Positions 10,515 to 25,023 of a stretch of DNA of 64,000 bases are shown piece by piece. The translations under genes and the position numbers were made by a program. Each line of letters starts with the position of its first letter. Positions within the stretch are counted from its first letter, which is position 1. Location of the stretch: contig OX638151.1 of assembly GCA_951804945.1 (NCBI GenBank), positions 28,954,001 through 29,018,000 of the forward strand. Reading direction: 5' to 3'. Below the pieces are notes generated by a model. That model was not told the DNA's origin, did no database searches, and saw only the letters and a list, made by a program, of their open reading frames with translations. The stretch is from Podarcis cretensis (lineage: Eukaryota).

Positions 10515-11249
10515 CTGAATTGTAAAAAGAGAGAGAGAGAGAAGTTTCTGTGCATTAAAGACAATGCTCTTTAAAGGCAGCACTGCAAGGGCTAAGGACC
10601 GCACATCATTCATTCATTAGTCAATACCTCTTGTTCTACATGAAGGTAATCAGCATAAGGGCATGACAGAGCTTTATCAAAGCCTTAGACAGGCAGTAAA
10701 CAAAAACTTTAAAGAGACTGGATCCAGTTTATTCTTTGCTCTCTACTTCCCCCTTGCCAATTTTCCTTAAATCAACTCTCTAAATTCTAAACTGTCATCA
10801 AAGGTGACAATGAATTCAGCACCAGGCTATTCCTAGAGCTTACCTCCCCATCCACCCACTCACTCACATCACTTGCAATAACATACTAACAAAGGGAGCT
10901 AAAACTTTATATATATATATTTGATGAGCCAAATATTTTCCTCAGCAATTACTGTTCGTCAGCATGTTTCATTAAACCATAACTGCATCCGCTATTGATT
11001 GAACCTTAAGAATCAGAGAGTAAATCATTTTTAGGAAGATTTTATACATACAGCTACTTAGTAATGGGTCATCTCAGTTTTCCAACAAATAATTAAGGTT
11101 TGACTCCTGTTTCACAAAATCTAAGTGGGATGATTCATCAGCTATAGCTGCAATTACATTTTACCTATTATCTTAAGACTAGCCAATAATAACTGTGAAA
11201 GCACCCCATACACCTACAAGTTCATATGAGGTAAGTAGCTTGTGGGGTT

Positions 11250-11342
11250 TGTTTGTATTTTAAATCTTTTGTTGGAAGTCGCCTAGAGTGGCTGGGGAAA
11301 CCCAGCCAGATGGGTGGGGAATAAATAATAAATTATTATTAT
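11250..11342 (+). mobile_element. LINE (L2-type) extreme 3' end
   Basis: gcctagagtggctggggaaacccagccagatggg...taaataataaaattattatt, a typical lizard LINE tail. Confidence 0.65.
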
Positions 11343-14300
11343 CGTATGTTTGTTTTTAATGGAGGAAATAGAGAGAAGTTGTACTTGCTAAAATATTTGA
11401 TACTGTACCTAAAAGGGAACAGACATTTGAACTTGTGGATTGTCTCCCTGTCAAAGGAGTAAAAATCGCTCACTTTTTGCAAGTATTGTATGCAGCAAAA
11501 TTACAATGTAATACTATGTGGCCTGCAACTCAAGAGACAAAGATGCGATGACAATTAGCATGTTAAGTAGACTCTTTGAAATTCTTCCAGGAATTCACTA
11601 AATGCCATTTCACCCATTAAAAAAAAGCTTGAGTGTAGCTATCGCTTCCTTACTAGTGTACCAATTTGATGCCTAAATCTAAGATATATTAAGTGTGAAA
11701 GAGACCCTAGAAACAAGGGACAACAGACTTCACAATATTTCCTGAGTAGTTACCAAACTTAAAAAGGTTTTATCTGATTAACTTTTTGATTTCAATATGT
11801 TACATGCCAATCAATTAACTCATGCACATAATCAACAACCACCACTGCACAGAAAGGAAAAAGGAACACAAATTATGTCAATGGATGAAAACTTGGCTTA
11901 GTTCCCAGGAGAATAGGACCAAACATGACTCAAAACAAGGTAGATGGTGCAACTAAGGATATTTTTTGTTGTCATTGTTAATTATTATAAGGAAGAACAC
12001 AGGGAGCAAGGAGAATCTATGTCTGGATTAACTAAGTGGAACAAAATGTTGCAATGTTGAACATGGGTGCTTCTGTTCAAGGTTCCAGCTAGCACTGTGC
12101 CAAAGCCTGTATTCCAATTTCCTGAAAGCTGTCTTTCCCTGCAGATAAAGCTTCCATTTTTCTGCCTCTTTTGCAGGGCGTGCACACATGCGTACACACA
12201 TATTTCAGTGAGTGCAGTGTTGAGCTTACCTTATTGTTGTGAGGTGGCCAATTGTTGTGTATGTATTTTTCTTTCCATTAAACATTTCTCCATGCAGCTT
12301 CCCCAGCTGCCTGCACTTTCTGATCTGAAAAAGCCCATGGAAGGAGTTACCTCATGATGTCTTCCCCTGGGCATCAAATGAGTCATAGGAAGCCGGGGAG
12401 ACTGGCTACTCAGTACCTCAGAGGAATACATTTGCTGGCTTTTTTAAAGATAACTCCTTTCTTTTACCTTTTAAAAATATTTCCACACTGATTTCTTTAA
12501 AAACCTAAAAGTCTTCACTCTTTAAAAGCAGAGAGCAATAGTTCTCAGAGACATAGCAAGCAGTCTCCCTACCTTCCCATGCTTGCTGGAAAGGGAAGTC
12601 AAGAACAAGATGAGGTTTTCAGGAAGATTGGGCACCTGGGAAGGCTGCATGGCACAGAGTGCCAAAGATTATTTGTGAATGTAATGAGGCACTCGGTCAC
12701 AAATATCCCTTGACCATCTTAAAAACAAATTAAGTACAGCAACAAATCAATACAGTTCACCTGTGAGAATTTCACTCAAAATTTCTTTACCTTTTGATAA
12801 TTTAAAAATGTAATTTATTTTTATCAATTGGTGGAGTTTTTTCATTTTTAAAGAGAAAATTTTGGCACCATACTACTTCCATGTAGGGCAATCCACTCCC
12901 AACCCGATGTTTTCCATTTTTCCTTTCTACCTCCTATGGTCACTGAGTGAGCTCAGTCCTCGTTTGCCATATATTGAGAAGGGTTGCCCAATTAGGTTTT
13001 AACTAGGCTACAATAGTGTTAGCACTCATCACTTGAGTCCACTATTGCTGGGCAGATTTTAATTTTTTTAAAAGACCTCTAAAGGAAAACAGTGGCTTCC
13101 TAATTACTACTTAGCTCATTACACTGAAGACGTACTAGTGCCACAATTACCATATTCCAAAAAACTAGTTCAACCTTAATTCCCTCTTTCTCTGTGTGCA
13201 TGATTTTCTGAAGCTCTTTTATGCAAGCCTGAAATATTCACAACTGTCTATAATTCAATTGTCAGCCGGTGATTTTTATTCTAGACCTCACTTCAATCTT
13301 AAATTAGAGGCACTAAAATTCACATTAACTCTAAGAGGAATGTAGTGAATAGGACTTTATTTCAAAAGAACACCTTTTTGTCAGAAAGAGCTATTCTCAA
13401 GATGATGGCTTTATCTGCATTCAAAGTCCAATTCCACATTGTGCTGTTAATACAGATTTTTTTTTTTTTAGGTCACAGCAGATTAATAAAAATCTAAATG
13501 TAGTTAACGTTTACAATGAGAAATTACATGTGTCATATTTAAGTGTACAATATTTATTTTAAAGCCATGGTAGGATTATTTTCCTCTTTATTATTGTTTT
13601 TATTCAATTGGCTGGTAACTCCAATTGTTCTTCCAGGTGTACCTAAGGGCTGAGCCCATCTTGTAGAAAGGATGGTGGACATTTGTAGGGCAAATGCATG
13701 AAAAAGCAGCTTGTGAAGTGTTACGTATATGCACGTTAAGCAAACAAACTGGAGATTACACCTCTTTTCTCTGTCAAGAAATACAGGTGAGTAATTTTCA
13801 TATATACGTAAATATATAGGGATGCCTTTCTATACTAGAGATTCTTTTTTTAAAAAAAATGCTTATCCCTTTTTATTACAGAAAAGTGTCTGGTCACAGC
13901 CTCATAGACTGGGATGTGGGGTAGGGTTAATTTGAAGTAAAGTAGATCTTTTATCTGTGTAATGGGAGTTCACAGCCTCCAACTGCATACCAAGACAGTT
14001 AGCAACCTCCCCTACTTAAATGCCTACAACAAACAAAATACTGATATTGCATGCCACAGCACATTTCTAAATTTTCTTAATAAAAGCTGCTAAAGATTTT
14101 AGTTTTTCACTTTGATAGCTATGATGAATGGCCACTGGTCACTATAAGGCTAGGGCCAAGAAACCCATTGAGCAAGTCAATTTTGAAATTAATTAAACAC
14201 GCATGCAAGAGGACAGAGCTCAGCAGATGCATAATCCCTTTTTTCAGCCAGGTTCTTATGGAATACTAGGAATATTAAGCATGCTGGCTCACAGCTTTAT

Positions 14301-14644
14301 TCTGACCTCATTATGTGGCAGTCAGTTCCACTGAAATCACTTAATTCCATAAAACATATTTAGGATTTGGCTAGTAAAAAAAACAACACAACCCAATTTC
14401 CAGGAAAGTACAATGAAAACGGACCAGAGTTTTAGCTATAGTGCTATAGCTATTTGGGTCAAAGTTTTGCGATAATCCTGGACAAAATGTTTCTATTTTC
14501 AAAGGACTACTCTCTCTAGAATCTTACATGGAAACGATATTCAATTAAAATGAATCCAACTTCTAGGTTGGTGTTTTTAGGATGGGGCGTAAATTACAAA
14601 ACAATACCATTATTTATATTTCTATAGCATGATCAATATATATT

Positions 14645-14768
14645 AGGGATGTGGCCATCCAGATATTGAATTCCATCTCCCATCAGCCGCAGACAGCACT
14701 GCCAGCGTCAAGAATTATGGAGTTGTAGTCCAACAACATCTGGAAGCCCATAGGTTTCCCCCTCCTGA
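14645..14768. mobile_element. Short palindromic hAT-type MITE
   Basis: ccagatattg...ggagttgtagtccaacaacatctgga...ggtttccccctcctg. Confidence 0.7.
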
Positions 14769-17700
14769 TGTTGTGTGTTTTCAGGAGCAGAACATACTTC
14801 CACTCATGCAACAGGACTTCCCCTTCCTCTCCTCCCGCCCCCTGCAGCCCCAAAGCAGCAGCAAATCAGCTAAGCAGGTTTGGAATGGTGTGCATGTGGA
14901 TATCAGCGTTTTATAATGTTTCATAATCAAAGAAGCCTCTTCGCCTCAAAGAAGGTATCTGTTTCTATTGAGCTTCAAATTTAAACTTTGACAAGGAAGG
15001 CAGAACTCGAATCCAGCTCCTTTTCTTTTGAAATCTGGCCTTTAATAACAAAACCATTAGTTTCCTCACATGTACCTGTGGCCTCCGTTTCAAAAGATTT
15101 TATGACCCTAAAAGCACAATCAGTGCTTTAGCAAAACCAGCAAAAACCAGAAATCATTTGTATATTCTTTTTCTGACTATAAATGAGAATAAATATTTGT
15201 GTGGAAGGAAACCCAAACACATTGCTCCCCCTTCTCCGACACCCAAGTCACCTCAAGACTCTCTTGCACAAGCTCTCGTTACTGAGTTGAGTTACAATCT
15301 CAGCTGAGCTATTTTACAATGAGCACTTTTTTCTGCCTCAGCTAATTGCACTCTAGCAAAGTGGCAAAATGTGAATCACTTAGCAGGAAAATGGGCACCA
15401 GCTGCTATTGTCAGAGAATGGCAACGCCGAAGAAAAGGAAAGCGACTGAATGAAGTGTCATGTCAGAAATCAACGGTGCAACGTGTGATTTGAGAAAACA
15501 TGACTACTTTACAGAGACAGGGTGTCATTATGGCATCACTGTAATACGATGCTTTGACAACTGCTGCGTCTAACATATCATCATTGCATTAAGGTGCACT
15601 GGCTTGGTTGGAAAAGGAATAGAAAAAGATATTTTTCCCTTTTAATAAGAAATATCTTGAGGTGTGCCTGGTTAACCTAATGGAAGAGACCATTAATAGT
15701 AAAATAATCAGAAGTAATTCTGGCCTATATAAATGACAGTCAAAAGCGTATTTCATTACTTTAAATAACATCTGCACAGAGATTAATAAGAAGCAATTTG
15801 CAACTAAAAATAGGCTTTTTTCTTATTTTGTCTGTAAAATTTACTTCCATCATCTTGAAAATTTATGTTGCTTTTGTTCTTGGAGGGAGAGCCTACAACA
15901 TCCCTTGTCACCAACTACGGTGAAGGAAGAAGTGGTAAAGAAAGAGATATCCCTTCACAATAATAGCCATGCTGCAGATAACTGGCAAGGGGGGGGGGAT
16001 GTGTCACAGAAAAAGGACACACAGTGAAGAAAATGTTTGAAAACCTATCCTCTTGACCCTGTTCTCTCCTTCCTCTTCTTCTATTAAATATAGTGCACTA
16101 ACTTAATGTGGGAGCACTTCCAAGCAAATTGCTCCCCAAATAAATAAAAAACCCAAGGTAATAGTGTGCACACAAGAACCATCTTAAAAAAGCATTGACG
16201 AATCAATCTCTCAAAAATGGGAAAAGAAATAAAATGGTCCTGGTGACATCACATGATTCCGCAAACTAGGAATTGTGGCTTTATTACAACACACAAGGAT
16301 TAAATCAGAAGCAGTAAATGCAAACCAGCATAATTTATCTTGCGTTAATTTCCTTGGGTCTATTCCAATTCAAAGTAAGCATCCCTTGTTTATAGTTCTA
16401 AATACTATATGTAGGCAAGTGGCAAATCAATAAAACTATTAAATGCATAATAATACCATGTAATTATATACAGGATGTTTTGCATAATTAACTGGCTGAG
16501 GTGTTCATTGATATAATGGCTATTTAGGTAGTAGAGAGCAACCTGTAAGTCTATAAAACACACACATTTTATATGAATTAAGGCTACACAGAAACCTCTT
16601 GTCCTAATCATCTAAATCGGGCTCTGGCATTATATGACAGAGAGAATGTATGTGCCTTTCTTTCCTGCCAAGTCCAAATCAATTCTTATGGCATTACTCT
16701 ATAACTAACATGATATTTCACTAGAAATCACCATTACCCTGATGACTTTTAAGTAATGTAATAATTGAAAAAATACACTTGGATTAAACAAACTACTGCT
16801 ATTTAATCAATATTATTGAGACAAACTAAGTGTTTTAACAAGTCTGTATATATGCACTAATGCAGCTTTAATTAAATGTGTCTTTAGACATGCACTGTTT
16901 CTGCAGTAGACAAAGCTGATGGATCTTTAAAGGCCATGACATGCTGCTAGATTTTTGCTTGTGGGGTCAACATTAGCAGCACTGGCAGGCAGCAGAAGGT
17001 AAATGTTCTTCTACCACCCAAAACAAAACAAAACAAAACAAGATTACGGTACATGGCCTTATGCCCTTGACAGGTATGTGAGTGAGAGACACTAAAATTA
17101 AGTCACTTTTCAGTATGTCCTACACATGTAGATATGACATGTGTTATTGTTTTTTTAAAAAAATTCAAAGGTAAAGAAAATATACAGTATTTGAAAAGAC
17201 TAAATTAGTAGTATCAATTTTCACGTGTGTGTGTGTGTGTGTGTGGTTTTTTTTTATTTGAATACATAGACACAGAGAGAATTCAGTTGTAACAATTTCA
17301 TGTACTACTAAGAAACCTTCTCTTAAGCTCTTTGAGAAAAAAAACCAAATAACTAATTTCTACAAGTATCAAGTCTTTCAAAAAGAAGTATGGCTCAACA
17401 CAGGGATGTGCATTTGTATTCAGACAATTTGGTGTGCAGGCTCTCAAAATGAATGTTGACAATTGATGACCAGAAGTGGATGACAGTTAACTTTAAAACC
17501 TGCCAGTGTCCAAAATGATTTTTTTTAAAGGAGTGATAACTTGTAAGTGTATTTGCATATTTTGCACGCACACACATACATATATGAAAACATACGCACA
17601 TCCCTTGTCATGAAAGGAATTTAATTTTCTCCATGCCCTTGTTTTTACAGTCTTCTTTAAAAAAAAACAACCCAACGCTGTGACACCAACAATGTTACTC

Positions 17701-18599
17701 ATTTTTTTTAAAAAAAACACCTTAATATTTTTTGTAGGTTTCATGACTTCTACTTTTCAGTCATTATTCTTGGTCTTTTAGATTTTGAGAAACCCTGTCA
17801 TATTCAGGACAGAAGCTTTTAATATCAAGCAAAATTGCAGCTTCCCCGAACGAGGAGTTACATTTTTAAAAATTGGAGGCTAAATATTTCCATAGCAGCC
17901 CTGAATAAAAAAAACACTCTGCAATACAGCTTATACATAGGAAGCAGGCTGGGGATCTATATAAAAGTGAGACATAAAAATGAGTATAAAACTAGCCCAT
18001 GCTCAAAAGAACACAACATATTATGAGTTATTGGTGGGAGGTGCAAACCTAGTCACTCCTGAATCTGTTTAAGATTCATGCCTCAATTACAATATGCCAT
18101 AAAGCGAAACTAAAGTAAAAATAGTGGAAATGTAGAATCATAATTCCTAAAATTATAGTTAAACTGTAGCTTAGAAACTGTAGCTGTGAAATTCTTTTTT
18201 TTTCCTATTTCCATTTCAATATTTCACATTGAATTTTTTAGTCAAAGCATGAGTCACTCACATCCGATTACATGCTAAAATATGACAGGAAAATAGAGCC
18301 CAGTTCGCAGCTAGGAAAAAGATTTCATATTTGTAAGAGTCAATCCTGCAGCTTTTTGAATAAAGCAGTTCAACTTTCCAAGGCATTCAGGTACCATAGA
18401 GTGTTCCAATCCTTCCATAACATTTCAATTGTGTACGGCATTATAAAAAATAGTCCTCTGGATAAAGTGTTGGGGAGAAAATGGTGGGGTGTGTGGTCAA
18501 CACTGCTCAGCAAGAGACTCAATCCTAGTCTCAGGATCTGGGGTTCTGGAAGCAAATGGCAACAAACCCTGGATAAGGACAAGATTTTTTTTTGGGGGG

Positions 18600-19530
18600 G
18601 GGGGACCAACAGTACTTTATTCAGATCCATCCCAGCAGCAGAACACAGTCCTGCCACCTTCCTTGGATTCATAGGAGTCCCCTGCATTGCTTCCGCATTG
18701 CCAGTCAAAAGGCTACAGATAAGGGAAGGGTTCTTTAGCAAGTCAACCATCCAAAGAGGTGGATCCTAACTCACTTTAGGTCTGGCCCACATACACAAAT
18801 CCTCAGTCAGCTCTAGCTTCCTAGAGAGACAACACTTCTTGGACTGGCTTCAGCATGGATCATTGGAGCTGTCCAAGGTCCTTTTCTAGCTACTCTCCAC
18901 TTGACCAGGCACTGCTAAGCTTCCCCTGCAAGCCTCAAGTTCCCATGAAACTTGACAGGTGGCTATATCACCTTAGGACACCTTCCCATCAACAAGCTTC
19001 ATGTTGCTTAGCTGTGGGGTGGGACTATCAGGGCAGATTGAAATGGGTACTATTCTGCTTCATTAAAAAAGGGGGTCTGGTCTCGGCAGAGGTTCAGCAG
19101 ATCATTTTGCCACCTGATCTTTACTTCCAATATCTGGTCCAGCTGTTATGTAATGTTTGTGGCATCACAACCTGTGCATTAGCCAGGGACTATAGAGTTT
19201 TGCTGGGGGTGAGTGTGGAACAAAAGAAATCACCACTTAAAGGATATTGAGATTTGGAACCATCGGCCAGTCTACAATGGATGCCAGACACAGCCCAACA
19301 TCGGTGCCTATAGGAAGCATGAGCAGGTCATGGCATATAACGCCTTATGCCTCTTTTCCTCCCTTGTTTGTCCAGCAGGGGATTAGTCTCTTCCTGGGGC
19401 CACTCAGCTGTCAGCAGCATTGCAGGGACAAACGGCTTCACGGCAAATTCATGGAAGCTGTAAGCAAGAAAACCTTGGCCCGTTTTCAACCAACTTTGGT
19501 CCGTCTCCCACCTCTCCCCAGGCACACAGT
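18600..19530 (+). mobile_element. Probable decayed DIRS-type retrotransposon (RT/RNaseH/methylase region)
   Basis: GC-richer island. Translation SPATFLGFIG...SALPVKRL resembles DIRS 'P..TFLG..D...LP..KL', and downstream YASFPPL resembles the DIRS methylase-like YAFPP. Frameshifted. Confidence 0.45.
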
Positions 19531-22323
19531 TTCACTTAGCAACTCCCCACCCCGCCTCTCTCTCCCACACACCTGGAGAAAGCACAATTTTTTAGGAATA
19601 TTCGAATCAAAAACTATATTCTGAGGTATGTGTTCTTCGTAAAGCTGACTGAAATAGTAGAAAGAAAGTCAGCACTGCATGCAGTCCAGAAAACAAAATA
19701 AAGATACTACAAAAATAACGGAAGATTTGTTCCAGGACGTAACAGGCTTTTCAAATAAGGATTATATTGAAGTGATTACAACATCAAAAGCAGTTACTTG
19801 TGCCAGTCACAAATCTGGTGCTATGGATCATAAGTGCCTACTGTTTGTCTGTCATTTTCAAAAGGAATAAGAAAGAAGCAATAAAAGAAAGGAGAAAATA
19901 TAGCCAAGAATCTCTAAACAGACTCAAGAGTCCATCTTTTTAAAAATGATTGCTACAATGTATCCATTGAAATTATTCTACTAAAGTTGATTTTATCAGT
20001 GATCTGACTTAATGATTTCTGCTGTCTCTCTTAGAACTGGGTGTGAATAAATGTCTTCACACAAAACAGGTGTGTTTATCTCACAAAGCCTTTTTGCAGA
20101 TGACACAGAAAACTAACTTTTAAATCTCAATATAAAAAGCAGTTTAAAACAACAACAAATAACTGCGCTATCTATTGAAGAAAAAGTTTAGGCAGGAAAA
20201 AAATATGAGTGTCTCCCTCCAGCTGATCCCAATTTCTTCCCCCAATTCCTTTGCCCCATGTCCTCATTCTCAAAAGAGAAAAAGGAGGAAGAATAGCACT
20301 TGGCAAGTTGTGAAATGACAGTTTTCCTGCAATCAACGTTTAAGTGAATGTTTGTCCCAGTGTGTTACACCATGCTGTCAGCTAGCAGCAGGGAGTCGGT
20401 GAGTTGTTACTACATTTGATTTGACTGCCAGTAGGAAGCTTTATTTCCACCAACTGTTAGTTGCCAGCTCTAAGGATCTTGTCTTCACTTCTTGAAAGAG
20501 GATTTCTCTCTCTATCTCCCTCCTCCCCAAATACTCTGTTTCATTTTTGTTCCCCTAGCTTCGGAGAAGTCTGCCATTCACCAAGATTATGCAGCCCACT
20601 CCAGCCAAATGCAAACTTGCCATATTAAATGCAATAAGTGAATTATATTATTAAGCACACCAGAGGGCTGAATCTGAAATCTACTTTCCAGGGGAGTGAT
20701 GGGAGAGATCCATTTACATAAACAAATAGATTGTCTGGAATTACATTCTGATCTCTGAAGAAAAAAAAAATCTGGGATCAAAGACATTACAAATAGCTCT
20801 GCAATAATTTTGGCAATTTATTAAGCTCTTCGCAGATCTGGCAAGAGCACTGAGTGCTACTTTTAAAGGCTTCTTTGTAAAACTAAAACAAAAAAAAGAC
20901 ACTAACTTTAGCAGTCATTTGCAATTCTTTCTCCTTACACAATAATGATTCAGATAATTAAGAACTAATTAGAATGGATCTGACAACAACTTCTAACAAT
21001 GAAAAGCATCTTTAGGAAAATGGTAGCATATGCGTCAGTGTGGGGGAAAAACAAACTCCTATGAGACTGGCTAAGAATTCAGCCTGAATGGAAAAGTAAT
21101 TAACACTAAAGAGCTATAACTGTAATTAAAGAAAATTTCATTAAAGGGAGACAGGTGATCCTGCTTTCCTAAATATGACAAGGTGCTGTATAAAAATAAA
21201 ATAGAAGTCGGTTTCAGTGAGTGGAGCGGGAAAGCCATGTCTTTAACCAGATCAAATTCTCAAAATTGGCTGTCAAGACGGGATTGTTGTGATTTATACC
21301 CGTCTATCAAGTGCATGAAAGAGAAAGACCAAGAGAAAAAGAGGCAAGCTGCTGTCGCTTCCATTTGCAAAGCACCTTTAATTTCCAATGCACACCATCT
21401 GTTAACAAATCTAATTCATATTCTCTCCCCCCACTTTAATCTGATTTAGTTCTGTAATACTAATTCTTCCACTACCCTTATGAACATGGCTCTCAAGGAA
21501 AAGCTTTGGTTCTGGGTTGGTAAGAAATTGAATATTATACAGTTAAGGTTCTGGTGACTTAAGTGAAGCATGCTCTCCATTAAAATGCACTCCTGGTAAA
21601 GGGATTTGTTTCCACCCAATGCAGAGATATGGAATTTCTCGCATTTGGAAAGGGGAGGAGGAGAGAGAGAAGAGAAAACCAAAAGGGAATAAAAATGATG
21701 ATAGGAAAGTAGGCTGGGGACATGAAAGCAGAGGTTGTCATAAAATACAATTGTTGTCAAGTTTAGTCACTTTCAGTACTAGCTATAAAATCACTTTGTC
21801 ATGGTCTCATACAGAAAGCTTGAAATTGTATTTTTGTTACGGGAACCAAAATGAGCTGAGGGTATAATAATTCGACATGAGGGTGTGGGGGGGGGAATAT
21901 TTCCTTCAAAAAGTGTAAAGTGCAAATTCACACAAGGTAGTGTAATAAGAGAGAGACTGGTTTGTTTTGGGGTTGTTTTTTGTTAAAACTGCTGCTAGAG
22001 CAAGACAAAATGCACATTGCATCCACTTTCCTACCCATGTATGTGGAAGTAGTGGTATGTATTAAGAGCTAGCTCAGAAGCCAAGGAAGCAAGTTAGAAT
22101 CCATGATGTTTTCCTTATCACCTCTACAGCCACAGCCAACCCCATAGAAATAGCTCTCCAACCTTCTATAACAAGCTGACCATGTGGGACTTATTTGAGG
22201 ACTCTTCCTCTTATCTGCTTTTCTTTTACTGGTTTAGGGGATAATAATTCAATCTCAGGGAGGATAAGATGTTTAGCTACTGACCAGAGCTTTTTAGAGG
22301 GAGAGGTGAAGGAAATGGAACTA

Positions 22324-22530
22324 CAGTGGTACCTCAGGTTACATACGCTTCAGGTTGCAGACTCCACTAACCCAGAAATAGTACCTCAGGATTAGAACAG
22401 AAATCATGCTCCGGTGGCGCAGTGGCAGCAGGAGGCCCCATTAGCTAAAGTGGTACCTCAGGTTAAGAACAGTTTCAGATTAAGAACGGACCTCCAGAAC
22501 AAATTAAGTACTTAACCTGAGGTACCACTG
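22324..22530. mobile_element. Tc1/mariner MITE
   Basis: ta|CAGTGGTACCTCAGGTTA ... TAACCTGAGGTACCACTG|ta. Confidence 0.95.
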
Positions 22531-22775
22531 TAGATAGAAGAGAGCCAGCCCTTTCTTTACGGTTTATTTGGTGAAAGCGTAGTCTGGGAAGGCAAGCTGA
22601 GGCAAATTCAAGAAAGGTAAATCAAGTATCTTCCAAAAGACAAGCAAATAGCAGGATTATTAGGTATGAGGGACCAGGGGGAGTCTTGCAATGATAAAGA
22701 ACAAAGCAAGATCAGGCAAGGTTCTGTCAAGTTATAGAATCTGAGCTGGGGTGGGGACAGTGATAAATCACATCA

Positions 22776-22982
22776 GGGAACTGTATAGCAGAGGGACTGC
22801 AGTGTGTGTAGAAGATCCCTGATTTAATCCTGAAATTTCTGGTGAAAAGGATCAGGGAGTGGTTGATGGGAAAGATCTCTGAATGAAACTCTGGAGAACT
22901 GCTTCCCTGCCAGAGTAAGCCAATATGAGGCTACATGGACAAATAGGCTTACTCAGTGTAAGGTAGTCCCCATGCTCCTACA
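22776..22982 (+). mobile_element. Degenerate Squam2-like SINE
   Basis: tRNA-like head, tgaaactctggagaactgc body, actcagtgtaaggtag tail. Confidence 0.6.
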
Positions 22983-25023
22983 TCCAGAGAAAGAGACAGG
23001 ACAGTCACAGAAGGGCTTTTACACAGAGATGCAATTGCTCAGAAGAAACAGGTTTCAACTCCCAGGAGATCTCCCAGATCTCCAGTTCAACCTTCCATTG
23101 CACATGTCCCAAACAGTTGCTGAGTGTATTGCAAAGAATACTGGAATGGCTTGACCACGAAGCCACTTTTATGCTTTTAAGAAAGAATCTATCTTTACTG
23201 TTAAGGGATCCTAACTATGCACACATTGGTGGACCAGTTTATAAAAGGATAGGTGCCAGTAGATAATACAAAGTACTCCCTTGTTTTATTCTGCAGCTAT
23301 TTAGCTTCAATATCTGAGCTATTGGCAATTAATTAAAATGCTTAAAGGTGTCTGACCATGCATCACTTTGATAGGAATTTCCTGATTGACTGCAGCAGGA
23401 TCCAAATCATATACTTTAGACCCTTGGGAACAGACTTTTTTATTATCTCAGTACTGTTTTTCCAAGTAGAGAATTTTATGTTCAAGGTTTTTCTACTAAG
23501 GATTTAAAGGCAGCTTTAGTTTTAACTTGAAGATTATTCTATATTTTCTTCCAAAGCTGATAAATGTAATGTGTCTTCTTTGTCTGCCTCTTGTCCCCCC
23601 AAAAACTTAAAACGAGAAAACAAAACAAAAACAGCCAGTGGCACAAACAGATTTAACCAACACAGAGAGTAATGTGTGAACAATGTATAGCTGTGAATTG
23701 CCCAAAGGTTCATGTATTTTTAAAAAATCTTCAACCAAGATATGGGTGAGATAAAACACCAAGGGAGGAAAAATGCAGTTTGGAAAACAATCAGCAACAT
23801 GTACACTGTAAATTGAGATGGATGACATTCAAATGCCTAAAAGGAGCTCTATTAAACATGACACAAAAAGTTTCAGGGACATGAACAATTAAAACTCAAC
23901 TAAGCATCATTTAAGGATGTTCCTTTCATTGCCCTTATTGCCAGACTTCAAAATTTCTAAACTGGTTTTCACTGAAAGTGCTCAGTGCGAAGAATGAAAA
24001 AAAGAGCTTGCTTCCATGAGCAGATTTTGTGTATTATACACATTTCTAACTCGCCCTTCATCTTTCAGTCAAATGGTAGGATACATTCACAGGCAATGCA
24101 AATCATCACATAAAACACCTATTTAAAGCACAATAAATTAAAATAAACCAATAGCCACTTATCCAATAACCTAGTTCAAGACAGCTATTCTAGTTCAGTT
24201 TTCCTTTAGTTCCCAGAGACCCAATGCCTGTGCAAATGGACAAATGGGAAGATGCTATCTTTTGACCATGGAACACCAAGACTTGTTCCCTGGTATCCTA
24301 GGGAACCTGGCCGGCACTTACTTTTGGAACCAAGCTAAAACTTTTCTGTTTTCTCAAGAAATATATCAGTACATAGTGGCTTCACTATTTGTACTGAATT
24401 GGTGCCAGAACAGGAGAGTCAGAGAAAAGAGATTCATTATACTAACTTCTAGTGTTATTTTGAAGGCCTAGTGAAATGCAAAGATAGAGAAGGGGTAGCC
24501 CACCAGTTATTGTTGGATTCCAGCTCCCAATAGTCAAGGATTGTGGAAGCAGTAGTTGAATAACTTCTGAAGGGACCACATTATACGTTATAAGTAGGGC
24601 TGCCTCTGAAGACAGTTCAGAAAATCCAGCTGGTGCAGAATTTGAAAACCTGGTTGCTCACCGGGACAAGGCAGTATGAGCATATTACACAGATCCTGGC
24701 GCAACTGCACTGGCTGCCAATTAGTTTCCAGGTCCAATTTTTGACCTAAAAAGCCTTAAATGGCCCAGGACGGCAATACCTAAAGGGCCACATCTCTCCA
24801 TATGAATCTACCCAGACCCTGCAATCATAATCTGAGCCTGTTCTTCATGTGCCTCCTCCATGAGAGGTTCGAGGTGCAGCAACAAGTGAACAGGCCTTTT
24901 CTACAGTGGCTCCCCATTTGTGGAATGATGTCCCTGAAGCGGCTCCCCTGCTGCAATCATTACATATCCTTAGGTGCCAGGCAAAAATGCTTCTCTTCAA
25001 CCAAGCATTTGGCGGATTAACAT

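Noticed and set aside
10028-10564. 178-aa ORF as a complete single-exon gene
   Set aside because: Only 10099-10514 is exon. The flanking residues are read-through of the polypyrimidine tract and of the intron.
14433-14452. Palindrome TAGCTATAG-tg-CTATAGCTA
   Set aside because: Short, AT-rich and isolated, with no supporting context. Likely a local inversion or chance.
18272-19624. Cluster of 125-165 aa ORFs as a nested gene
   Set aside because: Overlapping on both strands with no splice logic. Better explained as a decayed retroelement.
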